50,051 nt of DNA from a virus. The position numbers and the translations under genes were made by a program. Where the stretch lies: positions 1 through 50,051 of IMG/VR virus record IMGVR_UViG_3300022670_000458; one strand, written 5' to 3'. The notes beneath the pieces are model-generated. The model did no database searches, was not told the DNA's origin, and saw only the letters and a program-made list of their open reading frames with translations. Below, one piece after another: positions 33,661-44,075 of the stretch (positions are counted from its first letter, which is position 1; each line of letters begins with the position of its first letter).

Positions 33661-34019
33661 TGGCAGCAACCACACTACCAGATATAGAGCCGCACCAGTC
33701 ATCGCCTGGACGAAACGTAGAGTTTAGTTTGAACGAGGTTCAATTCGGTGACGGCTACGAGCAGGTTTCCCAAAAGGGTATCAACCATATTCGCGAGGCG
33801 TGGGACCTACAATGGCTTCTCGAACAGAAAACAGACGTCGATATCCTCGTCGCTTTCTTTGAGGGCTTAGGCGGATTCCTACCATTCTTCTGGCAAGCTC
33901 CCGGCGATGTCGCGCCCAAACTGTGGCGTGTCCGTGCGTTCAGAGTTCAGCCCACAAGTGGTCAGGCTTCGACGCTTGACGCCTCCTTCAAATTGTGGGT
34001 AGGCGAGGAGCCGGCATGA
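33660..34019 (+). CDS. Minor tail protein (lambda gpM-like, 119 aa)
   Basis: FGDGYEQ and F..GLGGF.PFFWQ.PG match the lambda M pattern. Confidence 0.8.
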   Translation: MAATTLPDIEPHQSSPGRNVEFSLNEVQFGDGYEQVSQKGINHIREAWDLQWLLEQKTDVDILVAFFEGLGGFLPFFWQAPGDVAPKLWRVRAFRVQPTSGQASTLDASFKLWVGEEPA

Positions 34020-34735
34020 CACTCGATGCACAAAAACAAGTCCTTACACCTGGAACTCGTGTGGAGCTTTTTGATTTCGACGCTCGCATACTTGGTGGGC
34101 CGTTTCTTAGATTTGTATCGTCGTTCGAGACAACTGGCCCGATCAAGTGGCAAGGCAACTTGTACGTAGCTTTTCCGATCACAGCTAAAGGTTTCGAGCT
34201 GTCAGGTAAGGGCGCCCTACCGTCACCTAGCCTGTCTCTGTCAAATGCTAATAACGTTCTGAGCGCTATCATAAACGACATTGGCGACCCGATCGGGGCT
34301 ACCGTTACACGATGGGTTACGTTCGCCGACTTCCTTGATGAGGGCGCGACACCAGACCCTAATGAGCATTTCCCACAACAGATATTCACCGTCCAACGTA
34401 AGACTCTGCAAAACAGTACTGTCGTAGAGTTCGCTCTATCGGCGAAGATGGATCAACAAGGGCGTCAGCTCCCCGGCCGGCAGATCAATAGGGATACCTG
34501 TGGGCACACATACCGTATCTTCATAGAAGAGGAACGGAACTTCAACTTTAGTAAAGCAACGTGCCCGTACGTCGGACAAAACGGAGAACAACAGCCGTAC
34601 TTTGCGGCCGACGGTACCCCCGAAACAGACCCGGCGAATGATGTATGCGGTAAAAAACTATCTGACTGTAAGATCAGGTTCCCAGGCGTTCCGCTACCCA
34701 CACGGGCGTTCCCCTCTGTGGCGAGGACCCGCTAA
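34016..34735 (+). CDS. Minor tail protein (lambda gpL-like, 239 aa)
   Basis: ATGA overlap. C-terminal Cys cluster C.HTYR...CPYVG...DVCGKKLSDCKIRF is typical of gpL. Confidence 0.85.
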   Translation: MTLDAQKQVLTPGTRVELFDFDARILGGPFLRFVSSFETTGPIKWQGNLYVAFPITAKGFELSGKGALPSPSLSLSNANNVLSAIINDIGDPIGATVTRWVTFADFLDEGATPDPNEHFPQQIFTVQRKTLQNSTVVEFALSAKMDQQGRQLPGRQINRDTCGHTYRIFIEEERNFNFSKATCPYVGQNGEQQPYFAADGTPETDPANDVCGKKLSDCKIRFPGVPLPTRAFPSVARTR

Positions 34736-35425
34736 GTGTTCGGCCCTGTTGTTGAGCATGCAGCCAAGGTGCACGCCCTGACTGCCTACCCCCGTGAGTC
34801 TTGCGGGGTTGTTGTGGGCGGGTCATACGTAATGTGTACAAACATCTCAGACACACCAGAAAAAGAATTCACGATCGGTGAGGGTCCTTTTGAGGACCTT
34901 CAAGGCGTTATCCATAGCCACACAGGCCCAGGAGCCGCAGCGGCCCCGTCTAAGGCCGATATGGTCTCGCAAGAGCATAGTGATGTACCGTGGGGCATCG
35001 TGGCCACAGACGGCGTCAATGTGTCTCCTATGACCTACTTTGGCGACAGTGTCCCGATCGTTGATCTGATCGGACGTAATTTTATCCACGGCGTGTACGA
35101 CTGCTGGGGCCTGGTCCGAGACTATTATAGGTTGCGCGGTAAAAGTATAATAAACTTCCCGCGTGACGACAGTTGGTGGACCAAAGGCGAAGACATGCTG
35201 TCCATAGATAACTTTACTGCTGCAGGGTTCACTGTGATCAGTAAAGAGGAACTACGTAAAGGTGACGTCGTAGCCGGTAACATCCGGCATAAAACCATCA
35301 ACCACGTAGGTATTTACATGGGTAGTGGACTCATCATGCATCACCTGTACAATCGCCTAAGCCGCAGTGAGCCAATGGGGCCTTGGATGAAGTACTGCCG
35401 GTATTTTTTGAGGTACACAGGATGA
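34736..35425 (+). CDS. Tail tip protein (lambda gpK-like; MPN/JAMM plus NlpC/P60)
   Basis: ESCGVV and HSH in the N-terminal half. NlpC/P60-type catalytic Cys context YDCWGLVRDYY. Confidence 0.85.
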   Translation: MFGPVVEHAAKVHALTAYPRESCGVVVGGSYVMCTNISDTPEKEFTIGEGPFEDLQGVIHSHTGPGAAAAPSKADMVSQEHSDVPWGIVATDGVNVSPMTYFGDSVPIVDLIGRNFIHGVYDCWGLVRDYYRLRGKSIINFPRDDSWWTKGEDMLSIDNFTAAGFTVISKEELRKGDVVAGNIRHKTINHVGIYMGSGLIMHHLYNRLSRSEPMGPWMKYCRYFLRYTG

Positions 35426-36081
35426 AGAAAATATTTCTATACGGTAAGCTGGCCCGAGAATTCGGACGTGAATTTAACTTTGATGTGAAAAGCATAGCCG
35501 AGGCTATACGCGCTTTGGAGGCTAACTTTCCCGGAAAGTTCTTGACCGCTTTGAAGGACGGCAGCTACCGTGTTTCAAAATCTGCTGACGGCGAAGGTGT
35601 CGTCGGCGAGACTGTACCTATGCATACGAAAGCTAAAGAGATACACATTGAGCCTGTCCTTTCGGGAGCTGGCGGCGGCGGTGGCGGACAGAGCAGTGGT
35701 AAGGGTATCGCCAAAATTATTATAGGTGTAGCCCTGATAGCCTTCTCCATTATTGCCGCACCCCTTACTGCGGGTGGCTCGCTTAATCTTGGAGCGACAG
35801 CTTTCTCAGCTTTAGGTTTCGGCGTATCTTACGGCACGATCGCGTTGATCGGTACAAGCCTGGCGCTGTCTGGCGTAAGCACGTTATTGGCCGCTGACCC
35901 GCGTATTGAACCAAAAACTCTTTCTGAAAGAGAACGCCCCGAAAACCGTCCAAGCTTTATCTTTCAAGGTGCTGTGAATATGACGGAGCAAGGTGGTCCC
36001 GTGCCGCTGCTCTACGGTAAGATGCAAATAGGTTCCGTGGTTGTGAGCTCATCTATATCTGTCGAGGATGTACCTGTATGA
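35422..36081 (+). CDS. Tail assembly protein (lambda gpI-like, 219 aa)
   Basis: ATGA overlap. Gly-rich and hydrophobic middle. C-terminus NMTEQGGPVPLLYGKMQIGSVVVS is typical of gpI. Confidence 0.8.
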   Translation: MKKIFLYGKLAREFGREFNFDVKSIAEAIRALEANFPGKFLTALKDGSYRVSKSADGEGVVGETVPMHTKAKEIHIEPVLSGAGGGGGGQSSGKGIAKIIIGVALIAFSIIAAPLTAGGSLNLGATAFSALGFGVSYGTIALIGTSLALSGVSTLLAADPRIEPKTLSERERPENRPSFIFQGAVNMTEQGGPVPLLYGKMQIGSVVVSSSISVEDVPV

Positions 36082-39000
36082 CAGATCGTATTCATGGATC
36101 TGGCGGCGGAGGAGAACCACCACCACCACCACCGGTCCATACCCCACAGGAAGCGCCAAACACTTTACGTTCGAAGGCGTCCGCCAAAATCATTGATATT
36201 ATTTCCGAAGGCTCGGTTAAAGGTCTTGTTGGTGGCGCTAAAGGTATTTTCCTTGACGGCGTCGCATTGCAGGATTCCGGCGGCGGATTCAACTTTCAAG
36301 GCGTCACATTTATTGAACGCTTAGGGTTCCCAGATCAGGATCCGATACCAGGGTTTGCTGAAACCGAATCGGAAAACAATGTAGGTATCGAGGTCAAAGA
36401 AGGCGCGCCCGTTGTCGTCACGATCGTTGATCAAGATATTGACGCTGTCCGTGTGAAAATAGCCGTACCCGCTTTGTTTGTGCAAACCGATCTCGGGGAC
36501 ATCAACGGGACAGACGTACAACTTCGGATAGAGGTACGCGGATCTGGCGAAAACTATGTGACAAAATTAACGCCCACAATATCAGGTAAGACTATGGGGC
36601 CTTACGAGCAGCAACATAGAATCGAGCTCGAAGGTACCGCCCCATGGGACATCCGTGTTTCTCGAATAACACCCGACGCCACAGACGCCAAGCTAAACAA
36701 CAAAACATCATTTGTGGGCTACACGGAAGTTATTGATGCGAACCTGATCTACCCCGACAGTGCTTTAACCGCGCTGGTTGTTGATAGTGAATTGTTTGGC
36801 GGGCGCGTGCCGGCCAGAGCGTACCTATGCGAAGGGCTTGAAATCGCAGTACCTACAAATTACGATCCCGAAACGAGGATCTATACGGGTATCTGGGACG
36901 GTACTTTCAAAATAGCCTTTACCGATAATCCTGCCTGGGTCCTGCATGACATCTTGACGAGTGTCCGCTATGGTCTTGGTGATTTCATCGAACAAACCAA
37001 CGTCGATAAGTTCGGTCTCTTTACGATCGCACAGTACTGCGACGAGCTGGTGCCCGATGGGTTTGGCGGCATGGAACCACGTTTCACATTGAATGCGTTG
37101 ATCAATACAAGAGTCGAAGCGTACACCCTGATCAATACGATAGCGTCTGCTTTCAGAGGCATGGTATTCTGGGCGGCCGGCGCTGTAACAGCCGCGCAAG
37201 ATTCCCCTGCTGAAGCATCCCGCCTGGTCACGCCTGCTAACGTCATTGGCGGTGACTTCACCTACGAAGGCTCGGCCTTGAATGCACGGCACACAGCCGC
37301 ACACGTAACGTGGAACGACCCTGCCGACCAGTACAAACCAGCGATCGAGGTCATCGAAGATCCTGATATGATCTTCACCCATGGTTTGCGTCCTATCGAT
37401 GTGAACGCTTTTGGCTGCACATCACGCGGCCAAGCTAATCGTGTCGGTCGATGGATCTTAGATAGCGAGCAGAACGAGACCGAAACCGTAAAGTATGCGG
37501 CAGGGTTCGACCACGCCGACACTGCGCCCGGAGCGATCGTTGCGATATCCGACCCCTCTCGTGTGGGCGCACGACTCGGTGGTAGGCTTGTTGATGTCAC
37601 CGGTGTAAATGTTACGCTCGACCAGGACTACACGGTGGTAGCTGGAGATAAAATATTAATCATGCTCGCCGACGATACCGTGGCCGAGAAAGATATTATT
37701 TCAAACGTTGCTGCAAACATAATTGAAATCGATAGCGTCTTAGCGACAGCCCCTGTTGTAAATGCTATGTACGTGGTGCAGCCTCTAACGGCAGCCCCAA
37801 CACTATGGCGTGTTATCTCAGTCGTTGAGGATGACGCCCATAATTTCGAAGTAACCGCCCTACGCCATGACGCCACGAAATATGATCGCATTGAAGCCGG
37901 TGTGAATATTGAAGAGCTACCTACAAGTCTCTTCCCCACAGGCCCAATGGTGGCTCCGACAAACCTAACTGTTATAGAAAACCTGTACAAATCTAATAAC
38001 TCGGTAAAGACGCGGCTCAATATTTCATTCACTCCGAGCAACGACCCCCGTGTGGGCCTGTACCGGGTTGAAGTTCGCCCGCCGCTTGGTAACTGGGAGA
38101 TCCTACAGATAAGTACATCCTCGGTCGCAGAATACACAGACGCACAGACCGGGTTTTGGGATTTCGCAGTAACAGCTATGAGCAGCGGCGGTGCCGAAGC
38201 CAAAGACTCAGCGCGCATAGAGATAAACAACTTAGAAATATTTGGTAAGACAGCGCCACCAGGTGATGTACAGAACTTCATTGCCGATCGGCGTCCCGAC
38301 GGTGTGTTTCTACGGTGGGACGAAGTGCCCGACCTAGACCTTGTTGGATACGACATACGGTTGGGCGACGACTTTGGTTCCGGCGAAGTGATTGCCGATC
38401 TATTTGTAGGCACCTCAATCTTTGTGCCCTTGAACACAGCGGCGGCCGTCACGTTCCTTATACGGGCTCGTGACGAGCTCGGGATACCCTCAAGCAACGT
38501 AACGTCCGTGGTAACGCAGTTGATCGCCCCGCCCCCTGTGACGGGCTTCCAAGGTTTCCCTCAAGGCGCGAGTATCAATTTCGAATGGAACCCGGTTATA
38601 GCTGATAATTTCGGGAACCCGTTGCTCGTAAGCTACGAGGTACGGGCCGGCGTTACATGGGAGTCGTCCCAGACGGTTATCCGAACTGGAGCGACAAGCA
38701 AGACTATCCTATTCCCACGTAAATTAGCGGAAGAAGTCACGTTCCACATCAAATCGATATCGCAGGCTGGTGTATTCTCAGACGATGCGGCCTTCTTCAC
38801 CGTAGGCCAGGCACCCGAAATAAATCGTAATGAGATCTTAGTAAAAGATATTCAGGCCGCAGGATGGATCGGTATAAAAAACAACATGGAAGTTGTATCC
38901 GATAATCTTCTTCTGGCCGAAGTAAGCCCCGGCGTCGCCGCCTTGTACGGTGAGTACGCGGAAAGCATTGATCTAGGTTTGAGCTGGCGTGCGCGTAACT

Positions 39001-39662
39001 GGCTTGAAACTCGAATGATTCTGTTCGAAGATAGCCCGTTGCAATGGCAGGACGCCAACTTTGCTTGGAACGATCCGCAGGCTATTACACCGTGGTTGCC
39101 AACAGCCGACACAGATAACGCCACTTTTGAAGCGTGGCTGGCTGAAGAGAACTTCGACAGCGAGCCCCCAGAATTGAACGAGGGTTGGACTTTAGATGAC
39201 ACACTTGTGGGTTATCGACTCTTCACGCCTGCGGTTGAATCATTGAACGTTACGTTTGAGGATGCGCGGTACCGTCAAGGTCTAAAAGTCAACCAAAATA
39301 CACGGGTAGCCTGGGACTTTTTATTCCCCAATACGATGACGTTTTTTATCACGTTGAAATATGCTGTCGTTCCCACAAATGATGTGGTGTACTGGCGCGC
39401 AGTCTCAGCGGTGCCTGGAGAGTTCCTAGAAATCGGGTTTGAGAATGCCACAGGCCTTACATACTGCCGCGATCATTTAGGTAATAAACTAACAATCGAC
39501 ACTCGAATTACGTTGAACAACTTTGCTATAATAGCGGTCGCACAGGATGCGGATAACCGCGCTTTTTATATTTATGAAACAGAAACGGATACGGTTCTCT
39601 CGGACACGGCCGCTTTCTCTGACATCACAGACTTAAACAACTTGGCGATGCACGCCTTATAG
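36078..39662 (+). CDS. Central tail fibre / host specificity protein (lambda gpJ-like, 1194 aa)
   Basis: Size, position after M-L-K-I, and conserved J-type N-terminal two thirds. Confidence 0.9.
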   Translation: MTDRIHGSGGGGEPPPPPPVHTPQEAPNTLRSKASAKIIDIISEGSVKGLVGGAKGIFLDGVALQDSGGGFNFQGVTFIERLGFPDQDPIPGFAETESENNVGIEVKEGAPVVVTIVDQDIDAVRVKIAVPALFVQTDLGDINGTDVQLRIEVRGSGENYVTKLTPTISGKTMGPYEQQHRIELEGTAPWDIRVSRITPDATDAKLNNKTSFVGYTEVIDANLIYPDSALTALVVDSELFGGRVPARAYLCEGLEIAVPTNYDPETRIYTGIWDGTFKIAFTDNPAWVLHDILTSVRYGLGDFIEQTNVDKFGLFTIAQYCDELVPDGFGGMEPRFTLNALINTRVEAYTLINTIASAFRGMVFWAAGAVTAAQDSPAEASRLVTPANVIGGDFTYEGSALNARHTAAHVTWNDPADQYKPAIEVIEDPDMIFTHGLRPIDVNAFGCTSRGQANRVGRWILDSEQNETETVKYAAGFDHADTAPGAIVAISDPSRVGARLGGRLVDVTGVNVTLDQDYTVVAGDKILIMLADDTVAEKDIISNVAANIIEIDSVLATAPVVNAMYVVQPLTAAPTLWRVISVVEDDAHNFEVTALRHDATKYDRIEAGVNIEELPTSLFPTGPMVAPTNLTVIENLYKSNNSVKTRLNISFTPSNDPRVGLYRVEVRPPLGNWEILQISTSSVAEYTDAQTGFWDFAVTAMSSGGAEAKDSARIEINNLEIFGKTAPPGDVQNFIADRRPDGVFLRWDEVPDLDLVGYDIRLGDDFGSGEVIADLFVGTSIFVPLNTAAAVTFLIRARDELGIPSSNVTSVVTQLIAPPPVTGFQGFPQGASINFEWNPVIADNFGNPLLVSYEVRAGVTWESSQTVIRTGATSKTILFPRKLAEEVTFHIKSISQAGVFSDDAAFFTVGQAPEINRNEILVKDIQAAGWIGIKNNMEVVSDNLLLAEVSPGVAALYGEYAESIDLGLSWRARNWLETRMILFEDSPLQWQDANFAWNDPQAITPWLPTADTDNATFEAWLAEENFDSEPPELNEGWTLDDTLVGYRLFTPAVESLNVTFEDARYRQGLKVNQNTRVAWDFLFPNTMTFFITLKYAVVPTNDVVYWRAVSAVPGEFLEIGFENATGLTYCRDHLGNKLTIDTRITLNNFAIIAVAQDADNRAFYIYETETDTVLSDTAAFSDITDLNNLAMHAL

Positions 39663-39673
39663 GAGATCGAGTA

Positions 39674-40111
39674 ATGAGAAACCTAAGTATTCACGGACAC
39701 GCGAATTTTCGTCAATTCAGAGATGGCCGTCTTGTTGATTCATGGGACGCCGATAATCTCATTACCGATGATGGTTTTGATTTCATTGCTGACGTTATTG
39801 GTAACGGTACACAACCTGCGGACATGGACAACATCGCTGTCGGTACAGGAACTACGGCCGCAGATGCTGCCGACTCTACGCTTGAAACTGAGTTGTTTAG
39901 AAAAGCGGCTGTCTTTGCGCATATCTCTGGTACAAAAACATTTACCTTCACAGTTACATTCGACCCGGGTGAAGCAACCGGAGCGATCACAGAGGCCGGT
40001 GTGTTGAACGCTGCATCGCTTGGTGTACTTTTAGACAGGCTCGTTTTTCCTGTGAAGAACATCGGAGCAGGCGATTCTTTGACCGTAGAATTTACGTTTA
40101 CTCTGAGCTAA
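39674..40111 (+). CDS. Hypothetical tail-associated protein (145 aa)
   Basis: GGAG RBS, directly after J. Confidence 0.7.
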   Translation: MRNLSIHGHANFRQFRDGRLVDSWDADNLITDDGFDFIADVIGNGTQPADMDNIAVGTGTTAADAADSTLETELFRKAAVFAHISGTKTFTFTVTFDPGEATGAITEAGVLNAASLGVLLDRLVFPVKNIGAGDSLTVEFTFTLS

Positions 40112-40112
40112 T

Positions 40113-40811
40113 ATGACAGCTTTTTCTATGGATCTTGCAGAGAGTATAGGCGTAGCTGACGCGGTGCCTGTACAAGATGTGACCGCCGTTTTCGGCGAGA
40201 CTGTTGGCGTGGCTGAAGTGATCGACGTCCAACCTCTTGTCGCGTTAGCAGAAAGTTTAGGCGTCGTGGACAGCAACATCGTTCAAGAAATCATACTCGG
40301 TTTGACCGAGAGCATAGACGTCGTAGAGTTCATGCCGTTCAACAGTGAGATGGTTATATCGAATATGAAAATGACCGATATGTTTACCGACCTGTTTGAG
40401 TTTACGGAGATCGCCAAGGCCGATCGCGTCCTAGGGTTTGATCCCTTCTCGCGGCTTGTTCCTGGTGATAAAGAATATCAGAACGCGATCTTGCGTTTGG
40501 TTGTTAGGGCGCCCACAAACTTAGGTGATGATCGCATCGGTATCGGTAAGACGGTGCTGAACGTTGACATTGCAGATGTGGACGATCGCGACGATGCCGT
40601 TGCGTTGGCAGCCTCTGTGACAACCATAAACTACGCTAAGGTTTTCCAACTTCAGGTATCTCTAAACATTACTATTGTGGGCGCGGCACAACCTGTGTTC
40701 TTCGAGTTGACAAATCAGACGCTTACGAGCTTCGACATTGTCTTGAGAGACATAGCCTCACCATTCAACCCGGTAACCGGTACGATCAACTGGTCAGCGA
40801 AAGGATTCTAA
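40113..40811 (+). CDS. Hypothetical tail-associated protein (232 aa)
   Basis: Tightly packed ORF. The N-terminus has short repeats (ESIGVADAVPV, ETVGVAEVIDV, ESLGVVDSNIV, ESIDVVEFMPF). Confidence 0.7.
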   Translation: MTAFSMDLAESIGVADAVPVQDVTAVFGETVGVAEVIDVQPLVALAESLGVVDSNIVQEIILGLTESIDVVEFMPFNSEMVISNMKMTDMFTDLFEFTEIAKADRVLGFDPFSRLVPGDKEYQNAILRLVVRAPTNLGDDRIGIGKTVLNVDIADVDDRDDAVALAASVTTINYAKVFQLQVSLNITIVGAAQPVFFELTNQTLTSFDIVLRDIASPFNPVTGTINWSAKGF

Positions 40812-40812
40812 A

Positions 40813-41760
40813 ATGTCACAACAATGGCCAAGCATCGATCCTCCAGATATTATCAGGGACAGTCGGCAAGATATTGTCGACCGCGACGAGACGTTAAAAA
40901 GTCAGTTCGAAGGACCATCGTTCCCCGTTACTAATCTTATTATCGGGATGCCGTGTTACCGCTCCGACTTACTTCAGGAGTTCTACTTAGAATCAACAGG
41001 ACCGTCTGTGTGGATCCCAAGACCTAATGGCGGTGTCGGTGGTATACTTCCTATTCTACAAGGTGGTACCGGCGCTGCAAATGCGACTGACGCGCGTACA
41101 AACCTAGGTCTCGGCGGCCTGGCTGTTCTCAGTAGCGTCGATACATCCGAACTCGTCGATAGTGCTGTGACCACTGCAAAGATTGAAGCCGATGCCATCG
41201 ACTCCACGAAGATTGCGGATAACGCGGTAGGTATCGAACACATGCAAGACGATAGTGTCGATACCGCTGAACTTGTGGACGGCGCGGTTACATTGGTCAA
41301 GTTGGACTCGGGAATTAATCTTGGCTTGCCCGCCGGGACACGTGCTTTCTTTAACCAAACGGCCGCCCCCACAGGTTGGACAAAAGATACCACCCACAAT
41401 AACAAGGCCATTCGTATTGTTTCAGGCTCTGTATCCTCTGGCGGATCTGTGGGCTTTACGACAGCCCTTGGTAGCCCGAGTGTGACAGGCGGTACGATAA
41501 GTGGTACTGTTGGTTCACATACGTTGACGCTGTCTGAGATCCCGTCTCATAGTCATGATCTAGACATACCACGTCGTTTGACGGCTGGAGGTGGTGGTGC
41601 AAACATTATCACAGATGTAGCCAATACTACTGCGACCATTGGGACAGCTTCCCAAGGTGGCGGTGGCGGGCATACCCATCCTGCCGGCGGTACTTTATCT
41701 GGCGCATCAACACCGATCAATGTACAATTCGTAGACACGATCATTGCTGTGAAGGACTGA
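40813..41760 (+). CDS. Tail fibre protein with a C-terminal phage tail-collar (MDP-like) domain (315 aa)
   Basis: Repeats of the D-S/N/G-A-V-T..K(I/L) type. C-terminus PTGW...GSHTLTLSEIPSHSHD...GGGGHTHP is typical of the tail-collar domain. Confidence 0.8.
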   Translation: MSQQWPSIDPPDIIRDSRQDIVDRDETLKSQFEGPSFPVTNLIIGMPCYRSDLLQEFYLESTGPSVWIPRPNGGVGGILPILQGGTGAANATDARTNLGLGGLAVLSSVDTSELVDSAVTTAKIEADAIDSTKIADNAVGIEHMQDDSVDTAELVDGAVTLVKLDSGINLGLPAGTRAFFNQTAAPTGWTKDTTHNNKAIRIVSGSVSSGGSVGFTTALGSPSVTGGTISGTVGSHTLTLSEIPSHSHDLDIPRRLTAGGGGANIITDVANTTATIGTASQGGGGGHTHPAGGTLSGASTPINVQFVDTIIAVKD

Positions 41761-41779
41761 TCTATCTAAAGGAGAGTAC

Positions 41780-42157
41780 ATGTCGGATTACGTTTGCCCT
41801 TTCATTCAGAATAAAAAACACGAGCCGCAACCATGCCTACAGGATAAGTGCATGCTCTATATGCGTCTCAACGGTGAAGACCCGAACACAGGTGAGAGGA
41901 TAAATAGCGGCTACTGCGCCATGGCGATCACACCTAAGTTGCTCATGGAGAACAACCAGGGTATTGCCGGGTTGCAAAAGGCCATGGAAGAGACGCGCAA
42001 TCGCACCGCCGAAACTGGCGCCGCTATCATAAAATCTAATCAACAAACAATGGATTTCGCACAGGGGGTTGGTCTGATGCTTCAGAATATTCAGGCAGGC
42101 GGGTTGATCCCCAAGTCGGTCCCCTCTCCCGTGATAGAAGCATCGGAACCTTCGTAG
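41780..42157 (+). CDS. Hypothetical protein (125 aa), last rightward gene
   Basis: CTAAAGGAG RBS. The 3' end overlaps the convergent polymerase gene by 122 nt. Confidence 0.55.
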   Translation: MSDYVCPFIQNKKHEPQPCLQDKCMLYMRLNGEDPNTGERINSGYCAMAITPKLLMENNQGIAGLQKAMEETRNRTAETGAAIIKSNQQTMDFAQGVGLMLQNIQAGGLIPKSVPSPVIEASEPS

Positions 42158-44075
42158 GTAACGCGTTTTCCATACGGTGTTTCATCTCCCGGTACGCTTC
42201 GTTCTGTACCGGCGAGTGATCAATAACGCTGAAATTTAGTTCATCGTGAACCTGTAGTTTAGGTACGCCGGTCACTTCAAAGATGCCCGCCTTCCAGCAA
42301 TCGAGCATAGCCTTTTTGAGGTAGTCGGCCGCCGACCCTTGTAAAATACTGTTGATCGCGATGTACGTCATGGCTCTACATATCTTAGATCCGTACTGTG
42401 CGATCGCAGCGTTATACAGTAATGGTGTAGCACGATCGTCTTTCTTTTTCATACCGTTTGTGGAAGGTTCCCACAGATCGAAGCGACGCCGGCGACCCAG
42501 AATCGTTTGCGTGTACCCAAACTTTTCGGCGATACCGCTGGCCCAATTCATGGTGGATTTAACATACGGGTTACCGGCGTGGTAACCGGAAAACAACCGA
42601 CCAGATTCTTCCTTAACAATACCGAGCTGCCGCGCCAGTTTGCCTTCCATCATACCGTACAGTAACCCAAAGTTTACGCTTTTGATCGGCTTACGGCCAA
42701 TCTTCATACCAGTGACTTCGTACACAAGATCCTGGGTCATGGTGTGGTAGTCTGTTGCGGGGTCGTTGCGGTATCGCTCTCGCACGGCATCCGATCCTCG
42801 ACCTACAGCAAAATGAGCCAGCATACGATACTCAATTTGAGAATAATCCGCCGACTCCCAACACACGTGCCCCTCGTCAGGTAGAAAAATATTACGCATT
42901 TGTTTACCAAGATCCGAGCGAACAGGGATGTTTTGGAGGTTGGGGGTTGATGAGCTCGCCCTACCGGTGCGTGCCCGCAATGGGTGGAACTGGCAATGCA
43001 CACGTCCGTTGACATGGCTTTTGAGGATGTACGATTCTAGAAATGTATTACAGATCTTTTCGGTGCGTCTGATCTCTAGAATAGATTCAGCGATCGGGCT
43101 TTCGTGAGCCTCCAACCAGTCGGCTTTGAAGCTCGGCATTTTTGTTTGTTTTGTAAGCGGATAGGATAGTCCGAATTTATCGAACACTTTACCGAGGTCG
43201 GTAGGTGCATCGACGCTGGCTTCAAAACCAACCTGCGTCCAGAACTTCTCTTTCATACGTTGCACGTCTACTGATAGTTCACCATGCAATTGCTCGGCCT
43301 TATCCAGATCAACACGTACACCGGTGCGACGCATGGCCACCAGCATAGGTATTAGATCGCATTCCATACGGTAGAGATCAAGTAGCCCTTCCTCTCGAAG
43401 GATAGGGAACTGCTTTTCAATGATGTCGATCGGCAGATCAACATCGCTTTCAGCATAGAAGCCCACAAGTTCAGGGGGAGCTCGATAGATGTTGGACCGC
43501 TGCTTTTGTCCCGGTGTACCGCCGTAAGCCTTGGCGCACCAGTCATACAGCACGGAGCTTTCTTTACCCTCGTCGCAATACTTCTGCCCAAGGTGCTCCA
43601 GATTTGTGGGCGAGTTCTCGGTAAGAAGAGCCTCTGCAAACTGCACGTCGTGGAGCTCGCCTTGCACTTCGATACCCTCTTCGGCAAGCCAGCCAATATC
43701 ATAGATGAGGTTGGCTCCGATCTTAGGGACAGTCGGCGTTTCTAAGACTTCCTTAAGCCACGAAAAGGCTGCTTCAGGTAGTATATTATGCTGCTGCCCA
43801 AGTTCATGGCGAACAGGAAAATACCAGCTACCGCGAGCGCCGTCAAAACCAACAACACCAACACTAAAACCAACAATATTGCCAACTCCCCGAGACCATC
43901 CCGGACCAAAGTCGAAATCTGGCTCCCTAGTTTCGACATCAAATGCCACCGCCCTTACATTGCCCACAAGATTAGGAAAAGATTTAGGACGTTCCCAACC
44001 GGTGTGGGGTACCGGGGGGAGTTCCTTTAGGACTGCACCTTTACGTGGCGCGAGTGATTCGTTATCGAAGAACAT
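42036..44075 (-). CDS. Family A DNA polymerase with 3'-5' exonuclease domain (679 aa)
   Basis: Exo I motif AFDVETRE. Motif B KSVNFGLLYGM. Motif C LQVHDEL. Confidence 0.9.
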   Translation of the reverse strand: MFFDNESLAPRKGAVLKELPPVPHTGWERPKSFPNLVGNVRAVAFDVETREPDFDFGPGWSRGVGNIVGFSVGVVGFDGARGSWYFPVRHELGQQHNILPEAAFSWLKEVLETPTVPKIGANLIYDIGWLAEEGIEVQGELHDVQFAEALLTENSPTNLEHLGQKYCDEGKESSVLYDWCAKAYGGTPGQKQRSNIYRAPPELVGFYAESDVDLPIDIIEKQFPILREEGLLDLYRMECDLIPMLVAMRRTGVRVDLDKAEQLHGELSVDVQRMKEKFWTQVGFEASVDAPTDLGKVFDKFGLSYPLTKQTKMPSFKADWLEAHESPIAESILEIRRTEKICNTFLESYILKSHVNGRVHCQFHPLRARTGRASSSTPNLQNIPVRSDLGKQMRNIFLPDEGHVCWESADYSQIEYRMLAHFAVGRGSDAVRERYRNDPATDYHTMTQDLVYEVTGMKIGRKPIKSVNFGLLYGMMEGKLARQLGIVKEESGRLFSGYHAGNPYVKSTMNWASGIAEKFGYTQTILGRRRRFDLWEPSTNGMKKKDDRATPLLYNAAIAQYGSKICRAMTYIAINSILQGSAADYLKKAMLDCWKAGIFEVTGVPKLQVHDELNFSVIDHSPVQNEAYREMKHRMENALPTKVPMLLSRERGPTWGSTRLPEYSEASDQPPVRNPLFVD

